This document shows positions 45,001 to 54,311 of a DNA stretch of 64,000 nt, one piece after another. Under the pieces are notes generated by a model, which saw nothing but the letters and a program-made list of their open reading frames with translations, was not told the DNA's origin and ran no database searches. The DNA is from Epithemia pelagica (Eukaryota; Protista; Bacillariophyta): positions 3,596,001-3,660,000 of the forward strand of contig OX337231.1 of assembly GCA_946965045.2 (NCBI GenBank), read 5' to 3'. The translations under genes and the position numbers were made by a program. Within the stretch, counting starts at the first letter, position 1. Each line of letters begins with the position of its first letter.

Positions 45001-45478
45001 GAGACATTGTCGTGTGTGGCGTGGGTTCTTGAAAGATTGGACGAAGAACTGGATCATTGGACAATGGTGTGGTGGTTGTTGGAGTCGAAACAGGACTGGA
45101 GGCCTGGATTGCCACGGCGGCGCCACCATCCCCCAAAGTCTGCACATGTGGTGCTGGTGCTGGTGGTGCCGCGAGAGGGTCCACATTTTCGACATTGTCA
45201 ATCTCCACCGACAAGGGTCGTGGAGGCGTCGTAGTTATGTTGTTGTTGTTGTGGATGTGATTGTGGTTGGCCGGGTTATTTTGGTTGGGAGGAGTGTCCT
45301 GGACGTACCATGCAGCCGCAGCCGCAGTGTCTTGTGGTGCTTCTTCTGGTTGTTCCTGGATAACGTCAATGTCTTCGTCGTGAGGAGGAGCCTCGTCGTC
45401 TTCAGGAACAAAGTCGAGACAATTCACCAGACCATGATCGAGATCGGTTTCCAAACAATATTTGGAACGAGGAGGCAT
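42095..45478 (-). CDS. Armadillo-repeat protein with long disordered acidic N-terminus
   Basis: 1127-aa ORF with recurring ARM-type helices (ACVTLMNLS, ALTTLKNLS, ACLTLMNLS, ACTVLSNLA, AGSILWSLA, AITCLLNLA). Confidence 0.85.
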   Translation of the reverse strand: MPPRSKYCLETDLDHGLVNCLDFVPEDDEAPPHDEDIDVIQEQPEEAPQDTAAAAAWYVQDTPPNQNNPANHNHIHNNNNITTTPPRPLSVEIDNVENVDPLAAPPAPAPHVQTLGDGGAAVAIQASSPVSTPTTTTPLSNDPVLRPIFQEPTPHTTMSPRGANTTMNHSDDDSLLEEEDVSIDGDNDDDDENEENQEDVSIDSDNTVENEENPEDDESDQEDWVISRSQAFDEEDTDTNAAEADGPDKKDKESCKRNLLPFLNAPPSSSTFDPMGPSFSFASEPSSPLSGATTTATRTLPVFRWGNQLYYPPQQQQQQHAVVSSWESLTTYDDLERVAYQHYQYCLDDMVQAIYDTQSPRLVCLMLRFLAQHAKSSHQLHWFTIHHHKNHSYDHTTPYATNKSGILKLVASTLTSHRGCDPQDPLWAAHETACQVIRTLSCHQAMDTFLLSPELGLLSALAWIARGGTHDTSTTTTTTTRMTQPWWSGTPQRPNPQVTEQARLHACVTLMNLSCGSSEAKSKVARSTSVMETLKELVVLVKDDNEATNDRTLCLHALTTLKNLSVLTTNDVPLASFPGLLQILGHVLWQATSQFGLLMRRTNTRDTMSEFSSTKDFVAHSACLTLMNLSVSKQYKKEIFITPGVLPALLAILKGFSIPPQSALSPLSTNHGMGHELSTQDGFRPETRLAACTVLSNLAIGYNIKGPLFRYPGLVSQVLHLMTTESGELQSKAGSILWSLAADKRNQKPMVQRQDVVPVLVHVASSTDTPQENENTVSSESKRDNNNDNNKSGHTATYKCVAALALLAESPENALSLIHAGVLVPILASLEDAGPDPLQWKTPTPSWAITCLLNLAQVDAAVPLLCQQGTVVSLLAPLVEIGHSYQSLKAAMAILLTCRSTSLWSEDVMSYTLLRQIETTIPKIVQLLVNTLYRRGGDGYKYGVFTLSSSVACLAALASSGLAFVQEQVCTKTVFLALVQVLWEFAVQGGTTGTIVGGGRDDVVSATWAMQGLSVVVEYLHETGDLPKMMKTSPSALSSLQSIVYCLSMAEQRFAGLWEPMTSPPPGVVAVGTNGPFQRPMVPPPPPPPHVLAVQTKNLLQRSPAFLYGPQSPKGQQQQEEGQGMQW

Positions 45479-48400
45479 GACACTTTGTGTTTTTATGATA
45501 CGGAGGAGTGGTGGCTGGGAGAGGGTGTGGGTTTTTTCAAATTAGATTTTTATGACTGTCAAGGTACGGATGCGTTTTGAATCTCCTTCTTGTTTGTGGG
45601 ATGACGATGATGACAGAGCCGTAGAGGTATGCAAGAGCGAGGGGGCAAGACTGAATTCGATCGGAAAAGGCGACGATTGCCGCAAGCAACCAGAAGCTTG
45701 GTGATATGGCCTTTGGTGGCAAGTGCGGCCTCTAGAGTAGTCGCTTGTTGGACAATGTCCTTGTCTCGCCGTTCAACCGATGAACCAGACAAGTAGGTAG
45801 GAGAGATTGCAATCGTACTTGTGATTGTCTAAGTGTTTGTGTGAATGCCAAGACAATGGCCAAAGCGCAGGCTGTTCTTGTGTCAAGGAATCGTAGTAGT
45901 AGCAGCTGTAGCAATGAGACGACCTCAAGACATGTCGTCGTTATTGTCGTTGTCGTTAATGTTGTTTTTGTCGTTGTTGGGGAATGGGTTCTTCCTCCTG
46001 TTGTTGTTGGAGAGACGACATGATTTCAGATGCAAGCAAGTCGTAGCAATCGTATTCACCTGACAGTAGACAGGACTTGACCAGGACAAACGACACATGT
46101 GAAAGAAACGAACTGAACGACAGGGAATGGACGATGGCCTTGTCTGCGTTGTATTGTTACTCTTGGTAACATAGGCAACACAACGACATTTCACATGCTA
46201 TGATTCAAAAAGGTCTTGGAAAAACAAAAAAGAACAATTAGAAGGGTGACCAGTGGAGGGAGAAACCCATCTGCACCGTTGTTGTTTCGGCTCGCAAGTA
46301 AGATAGTATTCTTGTTGGATCGGTTGGACCGTTGCTCATGGTCGGGATCGGACATCATCCTTCCTATGGATAAGTAGCGAAATGGAGGCAATTTCTCCTT
46401 CCAAGGCCGCCCGGACGAGAATCCGTTGTGTAAGTAATCGATTGTGTGATCAATCCGAATGGCGGCCGGCGATGGTATACTTGCGACCGAAACTAGTTAA
46501 GCCCATGAATCGTGCCAACCATTCACTATAGGACAGTGTGTACAAAAATTTGGCGATATCCCACCACATGACTGAAGTCTCCCACGACCAGAACCAGAAA
46601 ACCAGAAGCTTCCGCTTCTCCTCGCCAGTGCACCAATTACCAATCCAATCCATCCACAACAACACACACCATGGGATCTCTCAAACTACGGTAGAGCTAA
46701 GGTCTGGATATCTCTCCCTTGTGGTTCCAAATACTATCAAGACTCAATGTCATGCATGCCATTGCTCTTATTGGTTCCGATGAATCTGCTGGATACAAAG
46801 GAACAAAGAACGCTGTTTTCAGTTGCAGATTGAGGGACCCGTGAGCAAAAAAACAAAAGAAAGAATGATGGTGTCTCTGCTCGTTCCGGATCCTGTGCAT
46901 TCCATGGCAAAAAGGTCTCGTAACTTATGATACCTGGTGCGCCATGGAGCGTCAAACTGGTTAAATCCATGTCTCTCCGTCTTTGTAACACCCAAGAGAA
47001 CACTGTACCATCCAGGATTCCATGGCATGATTGGCTCACTTCGACCTGGAGCTACTATCAAGTCGAGGCCCGAGGCAGTGGACAAGGCAAAAATGCGGGC
47101 CTTCCGTGACAACGACAAGGAGGAGAAGCACCAGTCCCAACGTTCTTGCGTCCAATGGAAAGTTCTCCGACAAGCCAATCAGAGTTCCTCCTTGGACAAT
47201 CATCCACACGGACTCGATCAAAAACGCTTGTCCATCTCTTTTTTATTGGGAATATGGAGAGACGGCCCCCATTCGAAAGCCACGTCGTAATGTGCGGCAT
47301 CCGACCACGTGTGGTGTATCCATTCCAGCATTGGATTCACCGGTGGACACTCCAAGATTCATGGAGTTGTCTCGGTGTCCAACGGTCAAGGAAAGGAGAA
47401 CATGAAGACGAGTTCCAAGTGTGGTATCCTTGATGAGCTCGAGATTTATTCTACTGGCGCAGTTCCGTAGTCGAAACCCGTCTTCGTTCCACGAGGATAC
47501 ACGAGTGTTTTGTCATGACAGGGCAAGATGTTTTCTGGAACCGCGGACAAGGCTGGTCATTTTATGTTGTGGTATCATTTTGGAGGAGAATGGGTACCTT
47601 GGAACGTTGTCCCCGTTTACAATATACCATGGACCTTTTTTTCAATGGACCATGGACGCGACATTGCCTTTTCAGCCTTGTGTGTGTATGTGTGTGTGTT
47701 CCATGGCTTAGTGTTGAGGTGGGGGGCGTCCAAGGAACCACAGTACGGTTCAGCCGTGTTCCACAAATTCGGTTCACGGCGGTCGGTGGGCATCCAAGAA
47801 GCCACACACAGGTGTAGCTTTAGCTTGCTTCCTCGAAACTGTTTTGTTCCAACGCTAGATTCCATTTCTCCTGGTATTGTACCCTTTCCATTCTCATAGA
47901 ATCATGTGTAAGATATGTACACACACATTCAAAGCCCAGTAGATTGTCGGTGTAGCCTCGACTTGGTGGTTTTCGTTGGGGACCAGGGCGTCAACGTTTC
48001 CAGTGGTATCAAGAGTGTAGCAGATGCAATCTTTCAAAAACAAGAGGTCCTGTGGGCCAGAGACCGTCTTGATGATGGTGGTCCCTCTTGTAAAGTCGAA
48101 TCATCGTCACGTTGCAAACAAAAAACAACAAGTAACAGCAATCGGTCTCCATCTCTCATTTCATGAAGGAAGAGGTCATTGGGGACTTGACAGAGGCCAC
48201 TACGAACCGGAACCATGAACCATCCCCATCGCCGTTGGGAAGTTTGAAGTTTGCTCGGGTCACACGCTTTCTTGGCGGGGGTGGTTCCGAATGGGGTATT
48301 TCCGGGTTCCTTGGCGTGAAGGAGCTTCGAAGAATCCTTTGCCTCCAGCCGGGCGAACCACACCCCACTCTTCACTCTTCGTATTCGTCGCCAGCAGTGT

Positions 48401-48665
48401 CTTGCTGTCAACGGTCTCGAAGGATTCTGATTCGACGACTGGTTCTGATTCGTGCGTTTTTCACAACGCGAAAACGAGAACACCACACCCACACATCAAA
48501 CGACACCCAAAGCGTTGTGGATGCAATTCTCGTTCCATTCATTTTCATAAAAAAGACCAAACGCACTTGGCGTCTGTTGCTCTCTGAAAAAACTCAATTT
48601 GTGTGTGTCAAAAAGACAACAACACTGAATCTTCTCTCTCGAATCTACATACACAAGTCTCTCTC

Positions 48666-48959
48666 ATGATGGTCATTCTAACTCTCTTGGTTTCCTCGAC
48701 ACTGCTATTGGAAGTTGGTTTGGTGCTTGGCATTCAGCGATGCAAACACGAACCAAAGGATCAACCAGAACATGGTGATCACCATCATCCGGAACACGAG
48801 CTTCAACGTCTCTTTCCGTGGTCGTCTCGTTCCGCGTCCTCCTCTCACAATCATTCTACATGGGAACCGTATGATCCCTCGGTCTCTCGTGCCTACCGAT
48901 TGGGCGCCACTGCTACCATCCCCGAAGATCGATCTGTCTGCTTTTCTCGTGATTCTTAA
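48666..48959 (+). other. Possible small secreted His-rich ORF or N-terminal gene remnant
   Basis: MMVILTLLVSSTLLLEVGLVLG followed by KHEPKDQPEHGDHHHPEHELQ. No other support. Confidence 0.25.
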
Positions 48960-50209
48960 GCCTACACCCCAAGGTTTGCATGGCACGTTGGAGTCTGTCT
49001 CTCTCTCTATGGGATCGTTTGCGTTTTCCTTCTCTCGTCAAGAGAGATTGTATGAGAATCATAATGATTTCCGGAGCCTCGAAAAGGGAACCAACTGTGG
49101 ATTGGGTGCCTGGGCAGAATCCTGTTTCAAGGACTGTCGCAGTGTACTGCAACATTTCATCCGGTAACCATGGGTATGCGCAACCGTACCAAGCTTTGCT
49201 CTGCTCGAGAGTGCATTGTCCTAGACAACACATACCAAACCGTTTGGATCTCTCAAGTCACTCGTGGTGTTGCATCTTCTCTCTCCATTGGGCATACTGT
49301 ACGATCTAGACCAGTTTATTTGTTTACCTTCAATTCATAAGGAACTGTACTACTAGAAGAAAGGAAATTGTATTGTTTGGACGTTAGGTTTGTTTCCTCT
49401 CCGAATAGTTTCGAGATTGATGCGACGCACCACACAAAAGTACCATCCAAGTCTTTTCTCTCGATACCTCCAAAAGATTGAATAGAAACAAAAATTGAAC
49501 TTCTTGACGTCTCCTTTCGTCATACAAACGAAACACTGGGAAACGACAGGAGAGTCGTTGTCACCACACAACAACAAAGGACCATTCACTCATCGGTATA
49601 CCACCAAGTCCCATGTGGTTGCCGCAGGACTCCTCTGCTCCGACGAGATTTACCTACCTACCGGCAATCGATACTCAATACTACTTCTTTTCGTTCGCAG
49701 TTACGATTGCAAGTATATTGATGGAGCCAAACTTGGCGGCGGCAACTCGAACCGACCGAGTGATCACCATCTCAACGGGAGCCATTGGGGTTTGCCTTCT
49801 TGTGTATGGAACTAAAGAGAATCGAAAACGGGGACCAGAACGAGTGCAAGGATTTGCGTGAGTCGAACACTCGTGGTTCCCTGCCTATAGCGGTTGCATG
49901 TGTCGTAGTGCTACACTCTGTTCTTTGGCGACAGGCTATTCTAGTTTATGCGATCTGTGGAATCTTTGTTCCATCTCCTTGTTGGTAGTGCGTATGGATA
50001 TTTATGACTCTGCAACACCGGGATCCACTCTCGAATGTTACAGGGTCCATCTCATAGCACACTCGGAGGAGGATGTCAACAATGGACTCCAAGTCCATCG
50101 TCTCCCCTCCACCAACAACATGCATCGTTTGGGGTGACCGCGGTTCGCCTTCGTGTCATCATCGTCTACCTGGTCGACTGGTCCTCCCGTCTCTCTCTCT
50201 GTCTTTTTA

Positions 50210-51757
50210 TTAGTAATCCATGACACTGGCCACCCGCCAATCATTGCGGGGTGGTACCGTGTCCGTATCACTCTTGGGACTACGGCGTCGGCCGCTACGA
50301 CTGCTGCCACGACTGTTTGTACTGCCACGACTATTGGGAGTCGAGGCTGGACTGGCCCGTCGTTGTCCTCGTCCTTTGCGAGGTGCCTTGGCGGTGGTTG
50401 GTTTGCGGGTCACTTTCACCTTTTTGGGTGGAGCCTTGGGTTTGGTCTTGGCGGGTGCCGTGGTCTTGCGGTGAGCCTTGTTGTTGTTGCGGCGAGCCCG
50501 TTTGGTGGGTGGCGTTTCCAGGGCCGCTTCACTACTGTCTTCGGCCGCATCCGACGAGAGTTGTGGTTCGGTGTAACTCACGATGCGTTTTCGAGAGGCG
50601 CGAGTGCTGCCGCGGTTGTTTTGCGGAGAACTACAATTCGTAGTTTGTTTGGCCGTTTTGGATGGCTCCGCCGCCTTTTGGGATGGTTCTCGAGCCGAGT
50701 GTCGTCGGGGACTGGTGCGTCGCGGAGGCGAATCCTCCAATTCCTCTTGGTCATGTTCCGATTGGTCCTTCGCTTCCTCCTCATGATCTTGCACTTCTTT
50801 TTCTTTCTCCTTGCGCACTTTTTTGCGAGCCTCTTGCTTCCCAGTACCCTTCGTTTTCTTCATGGTGTTTGGCTTTGGTTCGGGACTGGTGCGTCGCGGA
50901 GGCGAATCCTCCAATTCCTCCTGGTCATGTTCCGATTGGTCCTTCGCTTCATCCTCATGATCTTGCACTTCTTCCTCTTTCTCCTTGCGCACTTTTTTGC
51001 GAGCCTGTTGGGTCCCAATACCCTTCTTGCTCTTCTTCTTGTTAGGCTTTGGTTCGGGACTGGTGCGTTGCAGAGGCGAATCCTCCAATTCCTCTTGGTC
51101 ATGTTCCGATTGGTCCTTCTCCTCCTCCTCATGATCTTTCACTTCTTCCTCTTTTTCCTTGCGCACTTTTTTGCGAGCCTCTTGTTTCCCCGTACCCTTC
51201 GTTTTCTTCTTGTTGTGGTTCGGTTTTGGTTCGGGACTGGTGCGTCGTCGGGGACTGGTGCGTCGCAGAGGTGGCGAGTCCTCCCGTTCCTCCTCGTCCT
51301 CGTTTTCACAATCGTCGTCGTCCGGTTCTTCGTCCTTCTCTGCTTCGGGTTCCGACTCGAGTTCCCGCTCCTGCTGTGGGGATTTCGGTTTCGTGTTTTG
51401 TTTCGCCGCAGCAGCCGAACGTCCTCGTTTGGAATTCTTTTTCCCTGTGTGGGGTTGACTTGCCGTCTTAGGGGACTCTTCTTCGGGACTACTGGATGCC
51501 GGTGATTTCTCCTGGGGTTCCTCCTCCGCTACGACGGAATCCAGAGAAGAGAGAGACGACGCATCATGACTGCTGCTGCCCGGAGACGTGGGAAGCGTCG
51601 CAGTTTCCTGTGGATCGTCCAATGATTCCGGCACGACACGACCCTTCGTTTTCGTTGTCTTGTTGTTGTTATTGTTGTTGTTGGTAGCCGTTGCCGCGCG
51701 CTTCTTCTTGATTTGGGCCATGGTGGTATTCTTTGTCGTACGACGTGGTCGCGGCAT
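50210..51757 (-). CDS. Highly charged low-complexity protein with internal 58-aa repeats, probably nuclear
   Basis: 515-aa ORF, K/E/R/S/P-rich, three tandem repeats, many SP/TP sites, motif RASRKRIVSYTEPQL. Confidence 0.75.
   Translation of the reverse strand: MPRPRRTTKNTTMAQIKKKRAATATNNNNNNNKTTKTKGRVVPESLDDPQETATLPTSPGSSSHDASSLSSLDSVVAEEEPQEKSPASSSPEEESPKTASQPHTGKKNSKRGRSAAAAKQNTKPKSPQQERELESEPEAEKDEEPDDDDCENEDEEEREDSPPLRRTSPRRRTSPEPKPNHNKKKTKGTGKQEARKKVRKEKEEEVKDHEEEEKDQSEHDQEELEDSPLQRTSPEPKPNKKKSKKGIGTQQARKKVRKEKEEEVQDHEDEAKDQSEHDQEELEDSPPRRTSPEPKPNTMKKTKGTGKQEARKKVRKEKEKEVQDHEEEAKDQSEHDQEELEDSPPRRTSPRRHSAREPSQKAAEPSKTAKQTTNCSSPQNNRGSTRASRKRIVSYTEPQLSSDAAEDSSEAALETPPTKRARRNNNKAHRKTTAPAKTKPKAPPKKVKVTRKPTTAKAPRKGRGQRRASPASTPNSRGSTNSRGSSRSGRRRSPKSDTDTVPPRNDWRVASVMDY
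50710..51290. repeat. Coding tandem repeat, 174/174/177-bp units plus a partial fourth
   Basis: Anchor GACTGGTGCGT starts at 50710, 50884, 51058 and 51235. Confidence 0.95.
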
Positions 51758-52640
51758 GGTGCGTTCGTATTTTTAGCGAGTAATGTTTCCGGACGGGTGG
51801 ATCACCAACAAAAACACAACGGCCTGTCCTAGAAGAAGGTGCCAAAGGAATTCAGTCTTGGTGGTGAGAGAAGAGGAATCGAGGAACGTGTGGTCTTTCA
51901 CGGACCGACAGGAGAGAAAGTGTCATTTGTGGTACCGCCCCGCTGGTTGAGTTTTTTCTTGGTTTGCCACACACACTCCCGTCACTCCTGAAACGGTACA
52001 GACCCAACACCCAACGTACCTTTGTCCAAGTCTCTCCAAATCTCGTGTGTTGTCAATCGCCAACACCGAAAATGAAAGGTGGGTGCATCCAAACCTGAAA
52101 ATGGTGTGCGGTGTGGTGGGTGTGTTTTTGTGTGTGCCTTCACACACACACAACGTGCTTGGGGGGTCTCGGGTGTTTTGTTGGCACGAAGATTTCAAAA
52201 GTGGAAAAGTTGCTGCCAAGAGCCGGCCGGCGTGGCGCGTGACAGATCGAGTCGCACATGAGTCACTATTGCGTTGCGAAGCACCAAGATTCGCTTCGTC
52301 ATGGTTCCCCAAAAAAGATACGCTTCGCTCTCTCGTGGCATCAATGTTTCTATAGCAACACGAGATTATTCTATCCATTGCATCTTGCATCCTCTTTCTT
52401 GGTAAGCAGCCACGAGACGGTGCAGAAACTAGATGGAATGTGGTGGTCTTCTTCTTCTTCTTCTTCTCCGCGTAAACCGTGAACCCAAAGCAAAAAATGG
52501 TTCCCAGTGTCGACACTGGAGGAACGGGCGACCCTGCCTCATTCGTTCCACGCACGTGCCAAAAAGATCTTGTTTTCCTCACGATCTAATGTGTTCTTCT
52601 TGCATAATACAGACGCTCTCCTCCGTCTCTGACACTACCA

Positions 52641-53272
52641 ATGGTGACCTTGCAACTTCCGGAACACTATGGTTATGTCATTTTGACCACGGTGGTGGGT
52701 CAATTTGTCACGGGTCAAATTTTGGGTGGCACCGTCATGATGGCCCGCAACAAATTCAATGTGCCCTATCCCAACATGTATGCGACACCGGGTTATCACA
52801 AGGAAGCCGATGCCTTTAATCGCGTTCAACGGGGCCATCAAAACATGCTCGAAACCTTGGATACCTTTTCTCTCCTGGCGTTGATTGGAGGACTCAAGTA
52901 CGTGATGTGTTGTGTGTGTCGTCGAGGTTGTTGCTGCTACTATACGATTCGGTAGCTTGTGTATGCCAGTGTCGACCACAAGAGACTTGGGCGCGCCCTG
53001 ACCCACTTGTATGGTTTGCGTGTTTGGTTGCTGCTTTTCTTCGATTGGTTGTGGTGGTATTGTGTTGGACACACAGAAATCCCATTGTGTGTTCCATTTC
53101 GTCCGTCTTGTATTTGGGAGGATGCATCTTGTACCAAATGGGTTATGCCGATACGGCCAAGGATGTCAAGACGGCACGATATGCCAAGGGTGGCATGATC
53201 AAATTTGTCGGACTCTTGAGTGCCTTGGGTTGTACCATTAATTTGGCCGGAAGTCTCAACCAGTGGTGGTAA
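52641..53272 (+). CDS. MAPEG-family protein (microsomal glutathione S-transferase 3-like), two exons
   Basis: Exon 1 52641-52897, intron 52898-53076, exon 2 53077-53272. ARNKFNVPYPNMYA...FNRVQRGHQNMLE...GGLK|NPIVCS...GYAD. Confidence 0.92.
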
Positions 53273-53928
53273 CAAGTAAGAAGAAACGACACTCTAGGAC
53301 GACGACGACGACGACAAGGACAGTATGAGGTGGTGGTGGTGTGTGTTGGTGAATGACACGGTTCCAACGGTACCACGAGTTGCTCAGAAACAGAAACGCA
53401 AAACAACTCTAGAGGATGAAGAATACCTACCTACACGCTCTTGTAGGCATACGACAGTCGCTCGACTGTGCCGTCTTGTGCTCTTCTTTTGGTAGGAACT
53501 TGAGAGCCGGTTCTTATTGTGCTCCTCCTTGGATGAATGAAAATGACAGTGCACATCCAGACACTCGTCTCTTCCGAATAACTTGTTGGGGGCAGAAAAC
53601 TCACCGACAGGATACGTTCCCACACGTGTGCTGGAAGAACTATACTGTCGGCAGGGTGGTCCTCCTTGTCCAGTCGGACAATCGCTCAAAGAGAGCATCC
53701 TTGCCAAAGCACTGGAATCTGCCCGTTGAAAAAATGGATCGGTCCAAGGGGCATCGTGCGGCTGGAAGCAATCGTTCGACTACGAACGATGGGCGACGAC
53801 GACAACCCGAGCGCGGGGATGGAACCGGACCCGTCCCATGTGGAATCTTTCTATCCTATACGCGGACCGTCGTCGCAGGCCGCCCATATGGTGAGATGCG
53901 TACGACGACGAGATGCAGGTATGATCCA

Positions 53929-53991
53929 CCGACAGGACCAGCGTCAACCAACGCTGGTCCATCCGCCGACAGGACCAGCGTCAACCAACGC
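53929..53991. repeat. Two 26-bp direct repeats (period 37)
   Basis: CCGACAGGACCAGCGTCAACCAACGC at 53929 and 53966. Confidence 0.9.
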
Positions 53992-54311
53992 AAGGTCCAT
54001 TGCGGTGCGTTGGGTGGGCGCGCCGCAAGACACTCTCTATGCATATATACCCAACACCACTACTACAACGATTGGCGAGCCGGGAGAACACTCCACAAAA
54101 CTACGGGCGTTGTGGAATACTGAGTACGGTATCGTGTGTCGTCCTACTATGATTCTGCCTAAGGAAACTGCACTTTGGATATAACTACGACACGAGCAAT
54201 AATGGAGCCTTTCGGTACCCATCAATGCACCGCCGCCGCTGTTTCCATGGCACACGGGTGCGAGAGAGAGCGATTGGCCAAGAAAAGCTCGTCACGAGAA
54301 ACATGACAAGA

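Noticed and set aside
50555-50610. Calling the repeat protein shugoshin
   Set aside because: Lacks the terminal K(L/M)RR of the SGO motif and the N-terminal coiled coil.
50153-51505. 450-aa hydrophobic plus-strand ORF that looks like a multi-pass membrane protein
   Set aside because: It is the reverse complement of the K/E-rich repeat gene; AAG/GAA codons read as Leu/Phe on the other strand.
53929-53991. Direct repeats as a possible CRISPR mini-array
   Set aside because: Only two copies, an 11-bp spacer that is itself partly repeated, no cas genes, eukaryotic context.
53416-54123. 235-aa ORF between the MAPEG and CBA1-like genes
   Set aside because: No recognisable motif, atypical composition, competing overlapping ORFs; left unannotated.
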